Below, piece after piece: positions 33,458-42,512 of a stretch of DNA of 64,000 nucleotides. Below the pieces are notes generated by a model. The model worked only from the letters and a program-made list of their open reading frames with translations, was not told where the DNA came from and did not search any database. The stretch is from Actinomycetota bacterium. Lineage in GTDB: Bacteria; Actinomycetota; Acidimicrobiia; IMCC26256; PALSA-610. The stretch spans positions 4,639 through 68,638 of the forward strand of contig JBQTGT010000010.1 of NCBI GenBank assembly GCA_052390615.1, given 5' to 3'. The position numbers and the translations under genes are program-made. Each line of letters starts with the position of its first letter. Within the stretch, counting starts at the first letter, position 1.

Positions 33458-34546
33458 ATGGCCACGGATCGGGATCAGGCGCGCGCGGAAGTCGCCCGGC
33501 GGGGACATTCGAACCGGGCGGTCGGGAGCATCGGTCGGCACGCGTTCGCCCAGATGCCTCCGCAGATGGTCGAGCGCGCGCGCACGCAACTGGCCCGGCT
33601 GTTCACCGATGCTCCGTGGACGGCGCCCGACGACGCCGCGCTCGCCGCGCTGGTCGGGCCGGGCGCAGGCTGGGTGGTCGAGGAGCTCGAGCCGGGTCTG
33701 ACCATCTCCCACGGTTGGCGCGGCGGCGCGTTCCGCGTCGACGTTGACTGCCGATCGGGTGATGAGGCACCGGTCGTGGAGCAACCGGCCGCGGCGGGCG
33801 CGCCCGCGCATCCGCGGAATCTGGGCGACACGTTCGACGAGCCGCTCGTGCTCGAGTCGGGCCGCGCGCGCGAGCAAGCGCGCTTTCTCACCGGTCCGCG
33901 CCCGGGCCCGGCGGTGCACGCCACGCGCGACCAGCAGGGCGTCGACCTCGCCGTACGCGTGCTCTTCGAGACGTTCTCGCCAATCACGGCGATCGATCTC
34001 GAGCCGGGTGTCGTCACGGTGACGATCGCCGACCGCGCGCAGTGGCCCGCGTGCCTGCTCGGCGTCTTCGACACGGTCGCGGCCGCCTTCCTCCCGCCGC
34101 GCCCGCCGAATCCCGACCGCCAGCTCGAGCGGGCGGAGGCGGCGATCGCCCGCCTCGACCCCACCGACTCCCGCGACCTGGCAAAGATCCTGGACGCGAC
34201 GACGTCACCCGACGCGGCGTTCCGTCTCGTCGCGGTCGCGCGACTCACGCTCGCGGAGACGGTCGTCGCACAACGGCCGTGGGATCGCGCGCTCGAGGAC
34301 TCGTCGCGTCCGGTGCGCCGCGCGGCCGCGCGGGCCATGGCGCTCGCCGACGCGCCCCCGCCGCGAGCGTTGTGCGAGCGCGCGCTCGGCGACAAGGACC
34401 CGTGCGTCCGGTACTACGGCTTGTGGGGGCTGGCTCGGCTCGGCGCGATCCCGAGCATGGACGCGGTGGAGCGGTGCCGCGCCGACGAGGACCTTCGGGT
34501 TCGTCTCGCCGCCGACGCGGCCGCACTGGGAATCCCCGTTCCGTAG
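33458..34546 (+). CDS. Hypothetical protein with C-terminal HEAT-like repeats
   Basis: The C-terminus (DSSRPVRRAAARAMA...DKDPCVRYYGLWGLARLG...DEDLRVRLAA) looks like PBS-lyase/HEAT repeats. The N-terminal part is unassigned. Confidence 0.55.
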   Translation: MATDRDQARAEVARRGHSNRAVGSIGRHAFAQMPPQMVERARTQLARLFTDAPWTAPDDAALAALVGPGAGWVVEELEPGLTISHGWRGGAFRVDVDCRSGDEAPVVEQPAAAGAPAHPRNLGDTFDEPLVLESGRAREQARFLTGPRPGPAVHATRDQQGVDLAVRVLFETFSPITAIDLEPGVVTVTIADRAQWPACLLGVFDTVAAAFLPPRPPNPDRQLERAEAAIARLDPTDSRDLAKILDATTSPDAAFRLVAVARLTLAETVVAQRPWDRALEDSSRPVRRAAARAMALADAPPPRALCERALGDKDPCVRYYGLWGLARLGAIPSMDAVERCRADEDLRVRLAADAAALGIPVP

Positions 34547-34597
34547 CGCCCTCGCCGAACGCGCACGACGCCGACCCGCGTCGCGTCCGAAGCGCGC

Positions 34598-35524
34598 CTA
34601 CGCGGTCTTCTTCGAGCGGGCCGTCTTCTTCGCCGTCGCCTTCTTGGTCGCCCTGCGGGCGCGGGTTGCCTTCGCTTGGCCCTCGTCGGCCGCGTTGTCG
34701 GCATCGTCCGCGCGCGCACGGGCCGAGGTGCTCGGATGGCGGTCCTTCGCAGTCGCGGCCTTCGCCAGCGACGCCTCTAATGCGGCGACGAGATCGAGCA
34801 CCTTCGCGGGCGCTTCGACGGCTGGCTCGGCGACGATCTCCTCGCCCGCGGCCTTGCGCTGGATGAGGTCCAGCATCTGCTCGCGGAACTGGTCCGAATA
34901 CTTGCTCGGATCGAACATCTCGCTCGAGAGACTCTCGATGAGCTGGCGGGCCATGGCCAGCTCCTTCTCGGTCAGCTCGACGTGTTCGTCCGACAGCAAT
35001 GCTTCGCGCGGGACGACCTCGTCGGAATAGCGCATCGTCTCGATGCACAGCATCCCGTCGAGGGGACGGATCGCGACGAGCCGCTCCTTGGACCGCATCA
35101 CAATGCGTCCGACGGCGACCTTGTTGAGCTCGGCCATCGCTTCGGCGAGCAGCTGGTACGGCTTGAGACCCCGCGCGTCCGGCACGAGGTAATACGGTTG
35201 CTCGAAGTACAACGGGTCGATGTCGTCGAGATCGACAAACTCCTCGATATCGATCGTGTGGCCGCCCTTCGGACGCAAGGTCTGCATCTCATCGTCGTCG
35301 ACGATGACGTAGCGCCCCTTCGAGATCTCGTACCCGCGCTGGATGCGCTCGGGCGGGACCTCGTCACCCGAGGCTTCGGAAACCTTGCGGTACCGAATGC
35401 GGGCGCCGGTGTCGGCTTCGAGCTGGTTGAAGCTGACGTCCTTGCTCTTGGTGGCGCTAACCAGACGGACAGGTACTTGTACGAGGCCGAAGCTGATCGC
35501 CCCGGCCCAAATCGCGCTGGGCAT
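34598..35524 (-). CDS. ku: Non-homologous end-joining protein Ku
   Basis: Starts IWAGAISFGLVQVPVRL and contains YFEQPYYLVP, with a Lys/Ala-rich basic C-terminal tail as in actinobacterial Ku. Confidence 0.9.
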   Translation of the reverse strand: MPSAIWAGAISFGLVQVPVRLVSATKSKDVSFNQLEADTGARIRYRKVSEASGDEVPPERIQRGYEISKGRYVIVDDDEMQTLRPKGGHTIDIEEFVDLDDIDPLYFEQPYYLVPDARGLKPYQLLAEAMAELNKVAVGRIVMRSKERLVAIRPLDGMLCIETMRYSDEVVPREALLSDEHVELTEKELAMARQLIESLSSEMFDPSKYSDQFREQMLDLIQRKAAGEEIVAEPAVEAPAKVLDLVAALEASLAKAATAKDRHPSTSARARADDADNAADEGQAKATRARRATKKATAKKTARSKKTA

Positions 35525-35550
35525 AGGGTCAGTCTAGAGAGGGGGTCGGG

Positions 35551-36459
35551 GTGTCAACCCGAAGCAGGGTCAGTGTCGAGATCGAGGGCCGGGAGCTGTC
35601 GCTCTCGAACCTCGACAAGGTGCTGTACCCCGCCGCGGCCTTCCGCAAGGCCGATGTCATCGACTACTACCGGCGCATCGGCCCCCACATGCTCCCGCAC
35701 CTCGCGGGGCGGCCTCCGACGCTGGTCCGAGCTCCGGACGGTCCGGCCGGCCAACGGTTCTTCGAGAAGCGCTGTCCGCCTCATCACCCCGACTGGGTGC
35801 CGACGATCGTCAACGTCGCCGCGGCCGGCGCGCAGGCCTGTGTGGTCGAGGAGCTCCCGGCGTTGGTCTGGCTCGCGAACCTCGCCGCGCTCGAGATCCA
35901 CACCCACCAATGGAAGGTCGACGATCCTGAGCACCCGACCGCGATGGTGCTCGATCTCGACCCGGGCGAGCCGGCAACGATCGTCGACTGCTGTCGCGTC
36001 GCGCTGGAGCTGCGCGAGCTCCTTGACCAGCTCGGACTGCGCGCGGTCGTCAAGACCTCGGGTGGGAAGGGACTGCACATCTCGGTGCCGTTGAACTCCG
36101 GCATCGCGACGGACGACGACACGAAGAACTTCGCGCTCGCGCTGGGCCAGATGCTCGAGTCACGCGATCCGAAGCGAGTCACCGTGGACATGGCCAAGGA
36201 GAAACGGCGACGACGCGTGTTCATCGACTGGAGCCAGAACGACAATCACAAGACGACCGTGTGTGCGTATTCACTCCGGATCCGTGACCAGCCCACCGCG
36301 TCGACCCCGATCGCGTGGGACGAGGTGGAAGCCACCGCCGGACACGGGGCGCCGGAGGACTTGACATTTGTCGCGCCGGCCGCGCTCGAACGAGTGAATG
36401 CGCTCGGCGACCTCTACGCCGATGTGCTGACCGTGCGGCAGGAGCTCCCCGCGATCTAG
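35551..36459 (+). CDS. LigD polymerase/primase (PolDom) stand-alone protein
   Basis: Contains LSLSNLDKVLYP, FFEKRCP, VLDLDPG, KTSGGKGLHI and VFIDWSQN, the AEP-primase motifs of the NHEJ polymerase domain. No ligase or nuclease domain is attached. Confidence 0.85.
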   Translation: MSTRSRVSVEIEGRELSLSNLDKVLYPAAAFRKADVIDYYRRIGPHMLPHLAGRPPTLVRAPDGPAGQRFFEKRCPPHHPDWVPTIVNVAAAGAQACVVEELPALVWLANLAALEIHTHQWKVDDPEHPTAMVLDLDPGEPATIVDCCRVALELRELLDQLGLRAVVKTSGGKGLHISVPLNSGIATDDDTKNFALALGQMLESRDPKRVTVDMAKEKRRRRVFIDWSQNDNHKTTVCAYSLRIRDQPTASTPIAWDEVEATAGHGAPEDLTFVAPAALERVNALGDLYADVLTVRQELPAI

Positions 36460-36470
36460 CGTCCAGGAGC

Positions 36471-37289
36471 GTGAAGCTCGACGGAAAGGTTGCAATCGTC
36501 ACCGGCGCGAGCCGCGGCGTCGGGGCCGCGATCGCCGTGTTGCTCGCGGAACGCGGCTGCAAGGTCGCGTGCGCGGCGCGTGCCACCGACGAGACGCCGC
36601 TTTCACTCGCGGGCACGATCGACGGCACCGTGCGCCGCATCGAAGACGCTGGCGGCGCAGCACTCGCGGTGCCGACCAACCTTGCGCACGACGACGAGAT
36701 CAACGCCATGGTCGCGACGACGGTCGAGCACTTTGGCCACGTCGACGTGCTGGTCAACAACGCCGCGATCACCTTTCCGGGTGACCTCGACCTGTCGATG
36801 AAGCGGTTCGATCTCGTCATGCAGGTCGACCTGCGAGCACCGCTCGTGGCGATGCGGGCGGTCTTGCCGGCGATGAAAGCGCGCGGTGACGGCGCGATCC
36901 TCAACGTGTCGTCGTTGGCGGCGCTGAACTACTTCCCCGGCCTCATGGCCTACGGGATGGCGAAGGCGGCGTTGGAGCACATGACGACCGCCGCCGCGCA
37001 CCAAATACGGCCGTTCGGAATCGCAGTCAACACGTTCCGCATCGACGTCCCGGTGGCGTCGGAGGGTTTCCTCGCCAATGTTCCCGGTGCCGACACTTCC
37101 GACTGGGAGCCGTGCGAGGTCGCGGCCGAAGGCTGCGTGTGGATGCTCGAACAACCGCCCTCGTACACGGGCCACAACGCGGGTATGGCCCGCCTGCGCG
37201 CGGAGCACGGGATCATGCGGTCGCGCACGTCGCGCCCGCACCGCCTGGCGCCCACAGTCGTCACCGAGACGCACCTGCGTCCCGCGTAG
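36471..37289 (+). CDS. SDR family oxidoreductase
   Basis: GTG at 36471 with AGGAG at 36465-36469. Contains VAIVTGASRGVGAA, NNAA and YGMAKAA. Confidence 0.85.
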   Translation: MKLDGKVAIVTGASRGVGAAIAVLLAERGCKVACAARATDETPLSLAGTIDGTVRRIEDAGGAALAVPTNLAHDDEINAMVATTVEHFGHVDVLVNNAAITFPGDLDLSMKRFDLVMQVDLRAPLVAMRAVLPAMKARGDGAILNVSSLAALNYFPGLMAYGMAKAALEHMTTAAAHQIRPFGIAVNTFRIDVPVASEGFLANVPGADTSDWEPCEVAAEGCVWMLEQPPSYTGHNAGMARLRAEHGIMRSRTSRPHRLAPTVVTETHLRPA

Positions 37290-37313
37290 TCGGCCGGCGT
37301 CGCCCGGAATGCG

Positions 37314-37589
37314 TCAGCGCGCGAGTAGGTCGACCGCGGCGCGGTAGGTCGACACCGCGGCGCGCATCGCGGCGGTGTTGGCGGCGTGTACCTGGCTCGC
37401 GACCATCATCGTCGTGAGCTGCTCGGCGACGTCGATGCCGGGCGTGACGGGCGTCGCGTCGGGGGTCGCGGTTGTGTCCGGGTCAGGGGTGCGCGGGAGG
37501 TCGGCGCCGGACACTGCCACCGCCGCCGTGTCGAACGAAGCCCGCGCGCGGGCCGCGCCGGCGAGCAGTGCGTCAATTGCCATATCCAT
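37314..37589 (-). CDS. Small hypothetical protein (91 aa)
   Basis: GC3 is about 90% by hand count, the same as neighbouring genes. It has an Ala-rich N-terminal helix, a Pro/Thr linker and a C-terminal amphipathic helix. Confidence 0.6.
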   Translation of the reverse strand: MDMAIDALLAGAARARASFDTAAVAVSGADLPRTPDPDTTATPDATPVTPGIDVAEQLTTMMVASQVHAANTAAMRAAVSTYRAAVDLLAR

Positions 37590-37940
37590 CAGCGCATCAC
37601 ATCCATTTGGTTAGACACGGTTCTGTTCGTACGCGCGTCGGGCGGCAGCCGCGAGTGCACCGTTTCGTCTCGGGTGGGCAGGCCGGAGCATCACCGCCAA
37701 ACGTTCCGTCGTGCTGGCCTCCGGCGGCAGCGGCGCGCGAGGAGGCGGAAATCGCTGTGTGCCGACATGGTGCGAGAGGTTGTCGGTCCGAGGATCAGTA
37801 GTCGGGCGCGCGCGAGCGACAGCGAGGACACGCGCGGAGTGGTCGAGCGCATCAGTTGCGGTCGTGACTTGCGCCAGGGCGCGCCTCCAAAAGACGCCCA
37901 GCACGCCCACCCCGAGTAACGACGGGCGGCGCCCCCTCCT

Positions 37941-39143
37941 TTAGGAGAGCCGCTCCACGATCATCGCCATCCCCTGGCCGCCGCCCACGCACATGGTCTC
38001 GAGACCGAGGGTTTTGTCCTCGGTCTGGAGGCCGTTGATCAGCGTCGTCATGATGCGGGCGCCGGTCATGCCGAACGGGTGGCCGAGCGCGATCGCCCCG
38101 CCGTGCACGTTGAGCTTGTCCATCCGGATGCCGAGATGCTTGGCCGAGGGAAGCACCTGCGCCGCGAACGCCTCGTTGATCTCGACGAGATCGATGTCGT
38201 CGGCGGTCATCCCCGCCCGCTTCAGCGCCTGGCGACTGGCCTCGATCGGACCGAGCCCCATGATCTCGGGGTTGAGCGCGCTCACACCGCTGGCCACGAC
38301 CCGCGCCAGTGGCATCACGCCGAGCTGGCTCGCCTTGGTGTCGCTCATGACAACCACCGCGGCGGCGCCGTCGTTCAGGGGGCACGCGTTCCCGGCGGTG
38401 ACCGTGCCGTCGGGACGGAACACGGGTTGCAAGGTCGCGAGCTTCTCGACGGTCGTGCCAGGGCGCGGCCCATCGTCCTTGCTGACGACCGAACCGTCGG
38501 TCAACTTCACAGGCGTGATCTCGCGCTCGAAGAATCCGTTCTCCTGCGCGGCGACCGCGCGCTGTTGCGAGCGCGCGCCGAACTCGTCCATCTCCTCGCG
38601 CGTCACGCCTTCGGCCTCGGCGACGTTCTCGGCGGTTTGGCCCATCGCGATGTACACATCGGGGAGCCCGGTCGGCGGTGTCCACGGCGGCTGGCCACCG
38701 CCCGTGCGCGCCTTGGTGCGCTCGCGTGCGTCACCGAACGCCTCGTTGAGTCCGCCGGTGTCGGCCGCCCCCGCGGCATAGCGGCTGACGGTCTCGACGC
38801 CGCCGGCGACGAACACATCGCCCTCACCGGCCTTGATCGCGTGCGCCGCGATGCGGATCGTCTGCAACGACGAGGAGCAGTAGCGATTGACCGTGACGCC
38901 AGGAACGTCGACACCCGCGAGGATCGCGGCGATGCGCGCGACGTTGAATCCGCCCTCGCCGGCCGGCTGGCCGCACCCCCAGATCACGTCCTCGACCTGC
39001 GCCGGGTCGAGCTGCGGGACCTTGTCGAGCACCGAGCGCAGGATCAGCGCCGACAGGTCGTCGGGCCGACATTCGACGAGCGAACCCTTGTTCGCGCGCC
39101 CGATTGGCGTGCGGGCAGTCGCGACGATCACGGCTTCGGGCAT
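37941..39143 (-). CDS. Acetyl-CoA C-acyltransferase (thiolase)
   Basis: Contains VIVATARTPIGR, NRYCSSSLQ (active-site Cys), NEAFAAQ, GGAIALGHPFG and CVGGGQG. Confidence 0.9.
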   Translation of the reverse strand: MPEAVIVATARTPIGRANKGSLVECRPDDLSALILRSVLDKVPQLDPAQVEDVIWGCGQPAGEGGFNVARIAAILAGVDVPGVTVNRYCSSSLQTIRIAAHAIKAGEGDVFVAGGVETVSRYAAGAADTGGLNEAFGDARERTKARTGGGQPPWTPPTGLPDVYIAMGQTAENVAEAEGVTREEMDEFGARSQQRAVAAQENGFFEREITPVKLTDGSVVSKDDGPRPGTTVEKLATLQPVFRPDGTVTAGNACPLNDGAAAVVVMSDTKASQLGVMPLARVVASGVSALNPEIMGLGPIEASRQALKRAGMTADDIDLVEINEAFAAQVLPSAKHLGIRMDKLNVHGGAIALGHPFGMTGARIMTTLINGLQTEDKTLGLETMCVGGGQGMAMIVERLS

Positions 39144-39221
39144 GACGGCCTCCGGAGGCAGGGAGCGAGCGCGCGATCGACCCCATCGATTCGAATCGGC
39201 GTCACACTAGCGTTCGGTCCT

Positions 39222-39920
39222 GTGGCGCACCCCATTGGCGCCGAGCATCACAAAAGCCACCGGTCGCCATGGCTGCGGGCCGCGGTGCTCGGCGCAAACG
39301 ACGGCATCGTGTCGACCGCAAGCCTCGTGATCGGTGTGGCCGCGGCGGACTCGTCCCGCACTGCGATCGTCACGGCCGGCCTGGCGGGACTGATCGCCGG
39401 CGCGATGTCGATGGCGGCGGGCGAGTACATCTCGGTGAGTTCGCAACGCGATGCCGAGGAAGCCGACCTCTGGATCGAAGCGGCGGCGATCGAGGAGAAT
39501 CGCCTCGCCGAACTGCGCGAGCTCGCCAAGATCTATGAGCAACGCGGCGTCGAACCGGGCCTGGCGCGACTGGTGGCCGAGCAACTCATGGTCCACGATC
39601 CGATCGGCGCGCACGCGCGCGACGAGCTCGGCATCACCGAGCACGCGATCGCGCGGCCGTGGCAGGCTGCGTGGACCTCCGCCGTCTCGTTCACCGTCGG
39701 CGCCGCGCTGCCGTTACTGGCGGTCGCGTTCGCACCCTCGGGCGCGCGCATCGCGATTACCGCGCTCGTCGCCCTGCTCGCCCTGATCGGACTCGGAGCG
39801 CTCGGCGCGACCCTGGGCGGGGCCCCGTGGAAACGTGCCGCGGCGCGGGTCGCCGCGTGGTCGTCGGTCGCGATGGCCCTCACGTACGCGATCGGCAGCA
39901 TCGTCGGCGCCAACATCTAG
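39222..39920 (+). CDS. VIT1/CCC1 family iron/manganese transporter
   Basis: Contains WLRAAVLGANDGIVSTASLVIGVA, AGAMSMAAGEYISVSSQRD and C-terminal TM helices. GTG start at 39222. Confidence 0.85.
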   Translation: MAHPIGAEHHKSHRSPWLRAAVLGANDGIVSTASLVIGVAAADSSRTAIVTAGLAGLIAGAMSMAAGEYISVSSQRDAEEADLWIEAAAIEENRLAELRELAKIYEQRGVEPGLARLVAEQLMVHDPIGAHARDELGITEHAIARPWQAAWTSAVSFTVGAALPLLAVAFAPSGARIAITALVALLALIGLGALGATLGGAPWKRAAARVAAWSSVAMALTYAIGSIVGANI

Positions 39921-39930
39921 AGTGCTCCGA

Positions 39931-39951
39931 CCCCGAACCAGGGGTTCGGGG
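39931..39951 (+). terminator. 9-bp GC-rich stem-loop just after the VIT gene stop
   Basis: CCCCGAACC-agg-GGTTCGGGG, 11 nt after the stop. There is no U-tract, which is common for actinobacterial terminators. Confidence 0.5.
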
Positions 39952-40059
39952 GCGGCACGCGATCGAGGGGGGCCGCGAGCTTGCCCCCGCGGACACCCCC
40001 CAACGTCGCAAGCGTTCGCGGTCACGGCACTCGGCGCAGCCGCATCTCGACCCGGGATT

Positions 40060-40075
40060 CGTGACGAACGTCACA
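40060..40075. promoter_or_regulatory. CRP/GlxR-type site (cGTGA-N6-TCACA) upstream of the S8 protease gene
   Basis: CGTGACGAACGTCACA matches TGTGA-N6-TCACA at 9 of 10 specified positions. It lies 60-85 nt upstream of the candidate protease starts. Confidence 0.4.
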
Positions 40076-40158
40076 GTTCGTCCCGCCGGCCGAGAAACGG
40101 AATGTGACATCGGTCCAGCGCCCTCCAAAGACGGGTGCGGCCTGGCGATACCCCCTCC

Positions 40159-42369
40159 GTGACCAAACGCAGCATCGTTTCCCGCGTCGTCCGCCGCGTG
40201 CGGGTACTCCTCGTCGGCACCGTCGCTCTGGCCGTGCTCCTCCCCGCCGGCTCGGCGGGCGCGGCCGCCCAGTGGACTGCCGCCAGCCCGTCGATGACGA
40301 CCGTCTTCGTGGACGCCAACGGCGACCCGGCAACCGCGCAGCTGTTCGTGCGCTACATCGGCGGCCGGGTCATTCGCGAGTTCGACGTGCCCGGCACGTT
40401 CCTCGCCGACGTCCCCGCCCAGCACGCCTGGCTTCTGAGCAGCGCCGGCCTCGCGCCGTACATCTCTTGCTCGAAGCCGCTCAGTGCGGACCAGGTGCTC
40501 GCCAGCTCCACGTTCCGCGCCGCGTTGCAGCCGCCCGCGGCCTACGACGCGGCGACCGACCCGTACTCGATGCTGAACATCGCCCGGGCGATGGGCGCCG
40601 ACTCGTTCTGGAACGCCGGTGCCCGCGGCACGCAGACCGTCGGCGGCGTGACGAAGCAGGTCGACGTCGCGATCATCGACACCGGTGTCGCTCCGGTCGG
40701 CACCCTCGCCTCCCCGGGTGCGCTGATTCACGGCCCCGACCTGTCTTTCGACTCGCAGGTGGCGGAGCTCGCCCACAACGACACGTACGGGCACGGCACC
40801 CACATGGCCGGCATTATCAACGCCGTTGCGCCCGAGGCCCGCATCGTGAGCCTCAAGGTCGGCGACGTGAGCGGCGCCGTCGACGCCACGCAAGTCATCG
40901 CCGCCATCGACTGGGTACGTGAGCACCGCAACGACTACGGGCTCAACATCCGGGTCCTCAACCTGTCGTACGGCCTCGAGTCGGCCAACGGCTGGAAGGA
41001 CGACGAACTCTCGCTCGCCGTCGAGGCAGCGTGGAAGGCCGGGATCGTCGTCGTCGTCTCCGCCGGCAATGGTGGCAAGGCGGCCACGAAGGCCGACCCG
41101 GGTGTACTGGCACCGGCGTACAACCGAAACGTGCTAGCAGTGGCCGCCTACGACACCGGCGCCAACTGGTCGTCGCGCGCCGACGACAGCACGGCGCTGT
41201 TCACGAGCGGTGCGCACAGCACTGGCTTCCGCAACCCCGACGTCTCGGCGCCGGGCAAGTCGATCGCCAGCTACAACGTCAAGAACTCCGAGGCCAACAA
41301 CCGGGTCACACAGATGTTCTGCGACGGCCTGGCGCAGCCGATGCAGCACTCGGTGCTCGACGGCGGCCGCCTGATCCGCGGCAGTGGCACATCGCAGTCC
41401 GCGGCCGCCGCCAGTGGCGCGGTGGCGCTGATCCTCTCGAAGTACCCGACCCTGAACCCCGACTCGGTCAAGCTCCGGATGCGGGGTACCGCGGATACCC
41501 TCGGGGACCGCGTCCTGAGCGGCCGGGGCTCGATCAACCTGGCCAAGATCGCGGCGAGCACGCCGCCGAAGCAGTCCCAGAATTACGAGCCCGTGCTCGG
41601 CGAGTCGGCGATCTCACAGACCCGCAACGGTGGTCTGCTGTTCGACCAGAGCACCTACGACCGGGTGTACGCCGAGACATACCCGGCGAAGTACAACGAG
41701 CGTCTCGCCACCGGCCTGACCCCGGAGTCGGCCGCGGCCTTGGCCGCCACCGACGCCAAGTTGGTGGCGACGGCGCAGGCCTCGCTCGACGGTGACCGCG
41801 ACATCTTCGGCCAGCGGTTCTCGGCCTTCGAACACGCGTACAAAGTGAAGCTCTGGATAGCGTGCGACGAGGGAGCGCTTGCGCCAACCCACGCGTTGTG
41901 CGCGCCGTCGTATACGGACACGTGGTTCGACACCCCGCAGGGTCAGGTGTGGCGGTCGTGGGGCGGCATGCAGAACGCTCCGCGCACGGCGTCGGAGATC
42001 GTGCCCGGCTACGCCGACGGCGTGCCCTACGCCGGTGCGCCGGTGCCCGGTACTGGCTTCACGACCAACAACCCGGTCCTCGGTGTGGTCTGGCCGACGG
42101 TGGCGTGGCCGCGATCGAGCTTCTCGGGCAGCTGGTGGACCGCGGGCCTGTGGTCCGGCGCTCGGTGGCGGGACGGTGCGTGGGTCGGTGCCCGGTGGCG
42201 CGACGGCGGCTGGGTCGGTGCCCGCTGGCGGGACAACGCGTGGGTCGACGACGTTTGGGAAGGTGCCCGCTGGCGGGACAACGCGTGGGCGGGTGCCCGC
42301 TGGCGGGACGACAGCTGGTCGGGTGCCCGGTGGCGGGACGACAGCTTCGCCACCGTGATGTGGTTCTGA
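40159..42369 (+). CDS. Secreted S8 (subtilisin-like) serine peptidase with a C-terminal Trp/Arg decapeptide repeat
   Basis: The catalytic triad is in context: VAIIDTGV (Asp), HGTHMAGI (His), GTSQSAAAASG (Ser). The signal peptide ends AGSAGAAA. The start is GTG at 40159, or GTG at 40135. Confidence 0.85.
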   Translation: MTKRSIVSRVVRRVRVLLVGTVALAVLLPAGSAGAAAQWTAASPSMTTVFVDANGDPATAQLFVRYIGGRVIREFDVPGTFLADVPAQHAWLLSSAGLAPYISCSKPLSADQVLASSTFRAALQPPAAYDAATDPYSMLNIARAMGADSFWNAGARGTQTVGGVTKQVDVAIIDTGVAPVGTLASPGALIHGPDLSFDSQVAELAHNDTYGHGTHMAGIINAVAPEARIVSLKVGDVSGAVDATQVIAAIDWVREHRNDYGLNIRVLNLSYGLESANGWKDDELSLAVEAAWKAGIVVVVSAGNGGKAATKADPGVLAPAYNRNVLAVAAYDTGANWSSRADDSTALFTSGAHSTGFRNPDVSAPGKSIASYNVKNSEANNRVTQMFCDGLAQPMQHSVLDGGRLIRGSGTSQSAAAASGAVALILSKYPTLNPDSVKLRMRGTADTLGDRVLSGRGSINLAKIAASTPPKQSQNYEPVLGESAISQTRNGGLLFDQSTYDRVYAETYPAKYNERLATGLTPESAAALAATDAKLVATAQASLDGDRDIFGQRFSAFEHAYKVKLWIACDEGALAPTHALCAPSYTDTWFDTPQGQVWRSWGGMQNAPRTASEIVPGYADGVPYAGAPVPGTGFTTNNPVLGVVWPTVAWPRSSFSGSWWTAGLWSGARWRDGAWVGARWRDGGWVGARWRDNAWVDDVWEGARWRDNAWAGARWRDDSWSGARWRDDSFATVMWF
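42151..42345 (+). repeat. Six in-frame 30-nt repeats encoding W-x-G-A-R-W-R-D-x-x at the protease C-terminus
   Basis: Units start at 42151, 42181, 42211, 42241 (with a 15-nt insertion), 42286 and 42316. The peptide reads WSGARWRDGA WVGARWRDGG WVGARWRDNA WVDDVWEGARWRDNA WAGARWRDDS WSGARWRDDS. Confidence 0.85.
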
Positions 42370-42415
42370 TCGGCGAGCTCGACGCGGCTTCACCGGTCGC
42401 GTAGGACGCAGCGCA

Positions 42416-42433
42416 GCGACCCGAGCGGGTCGC
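42416..42433. terminator. Short GC hairpin between convergent genes
   Basis: GCGACCC-gagc-GGGTCGC (7 bp) lies between the protease stop (42369) and the carbonic-anhydrase-like gene stop (42513). Confidence 0.3.
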
Positions 42434-42512
42434 AGTTGCTCGGCGGCGGTCGCGATGGCGGCCGCCGCCTGCGCGTGCACGATCGCGGGTGGCGCGCAGT
42501 TCGCGGACGAGC

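Noticed and set aside
37314-37589. The C-terminal helix of the 91-aa protein (DVAEQLTTMMVASQVHAANTAAMRAAVSTYRAAVDLL) reminded me of the conserved C-terminal helix of flagellar rod/FliE-type proteins.
   Set aside because: The similarity is judged by eye only and the protein is short. No other flagellar or motility gene is present in 64 kb. That is too weak to call.
37611-37910. A 99-aa minus-strand ORF that would fill the gap between the thiolase and the 91-aa gene.
   Set aside because: Its hand-counted GC3 is about 70%, against about 88-90% for the flanking real genes. It has Pro/Arg-rich segments. I treat the region as non-coding but flagged the gap as a finding.
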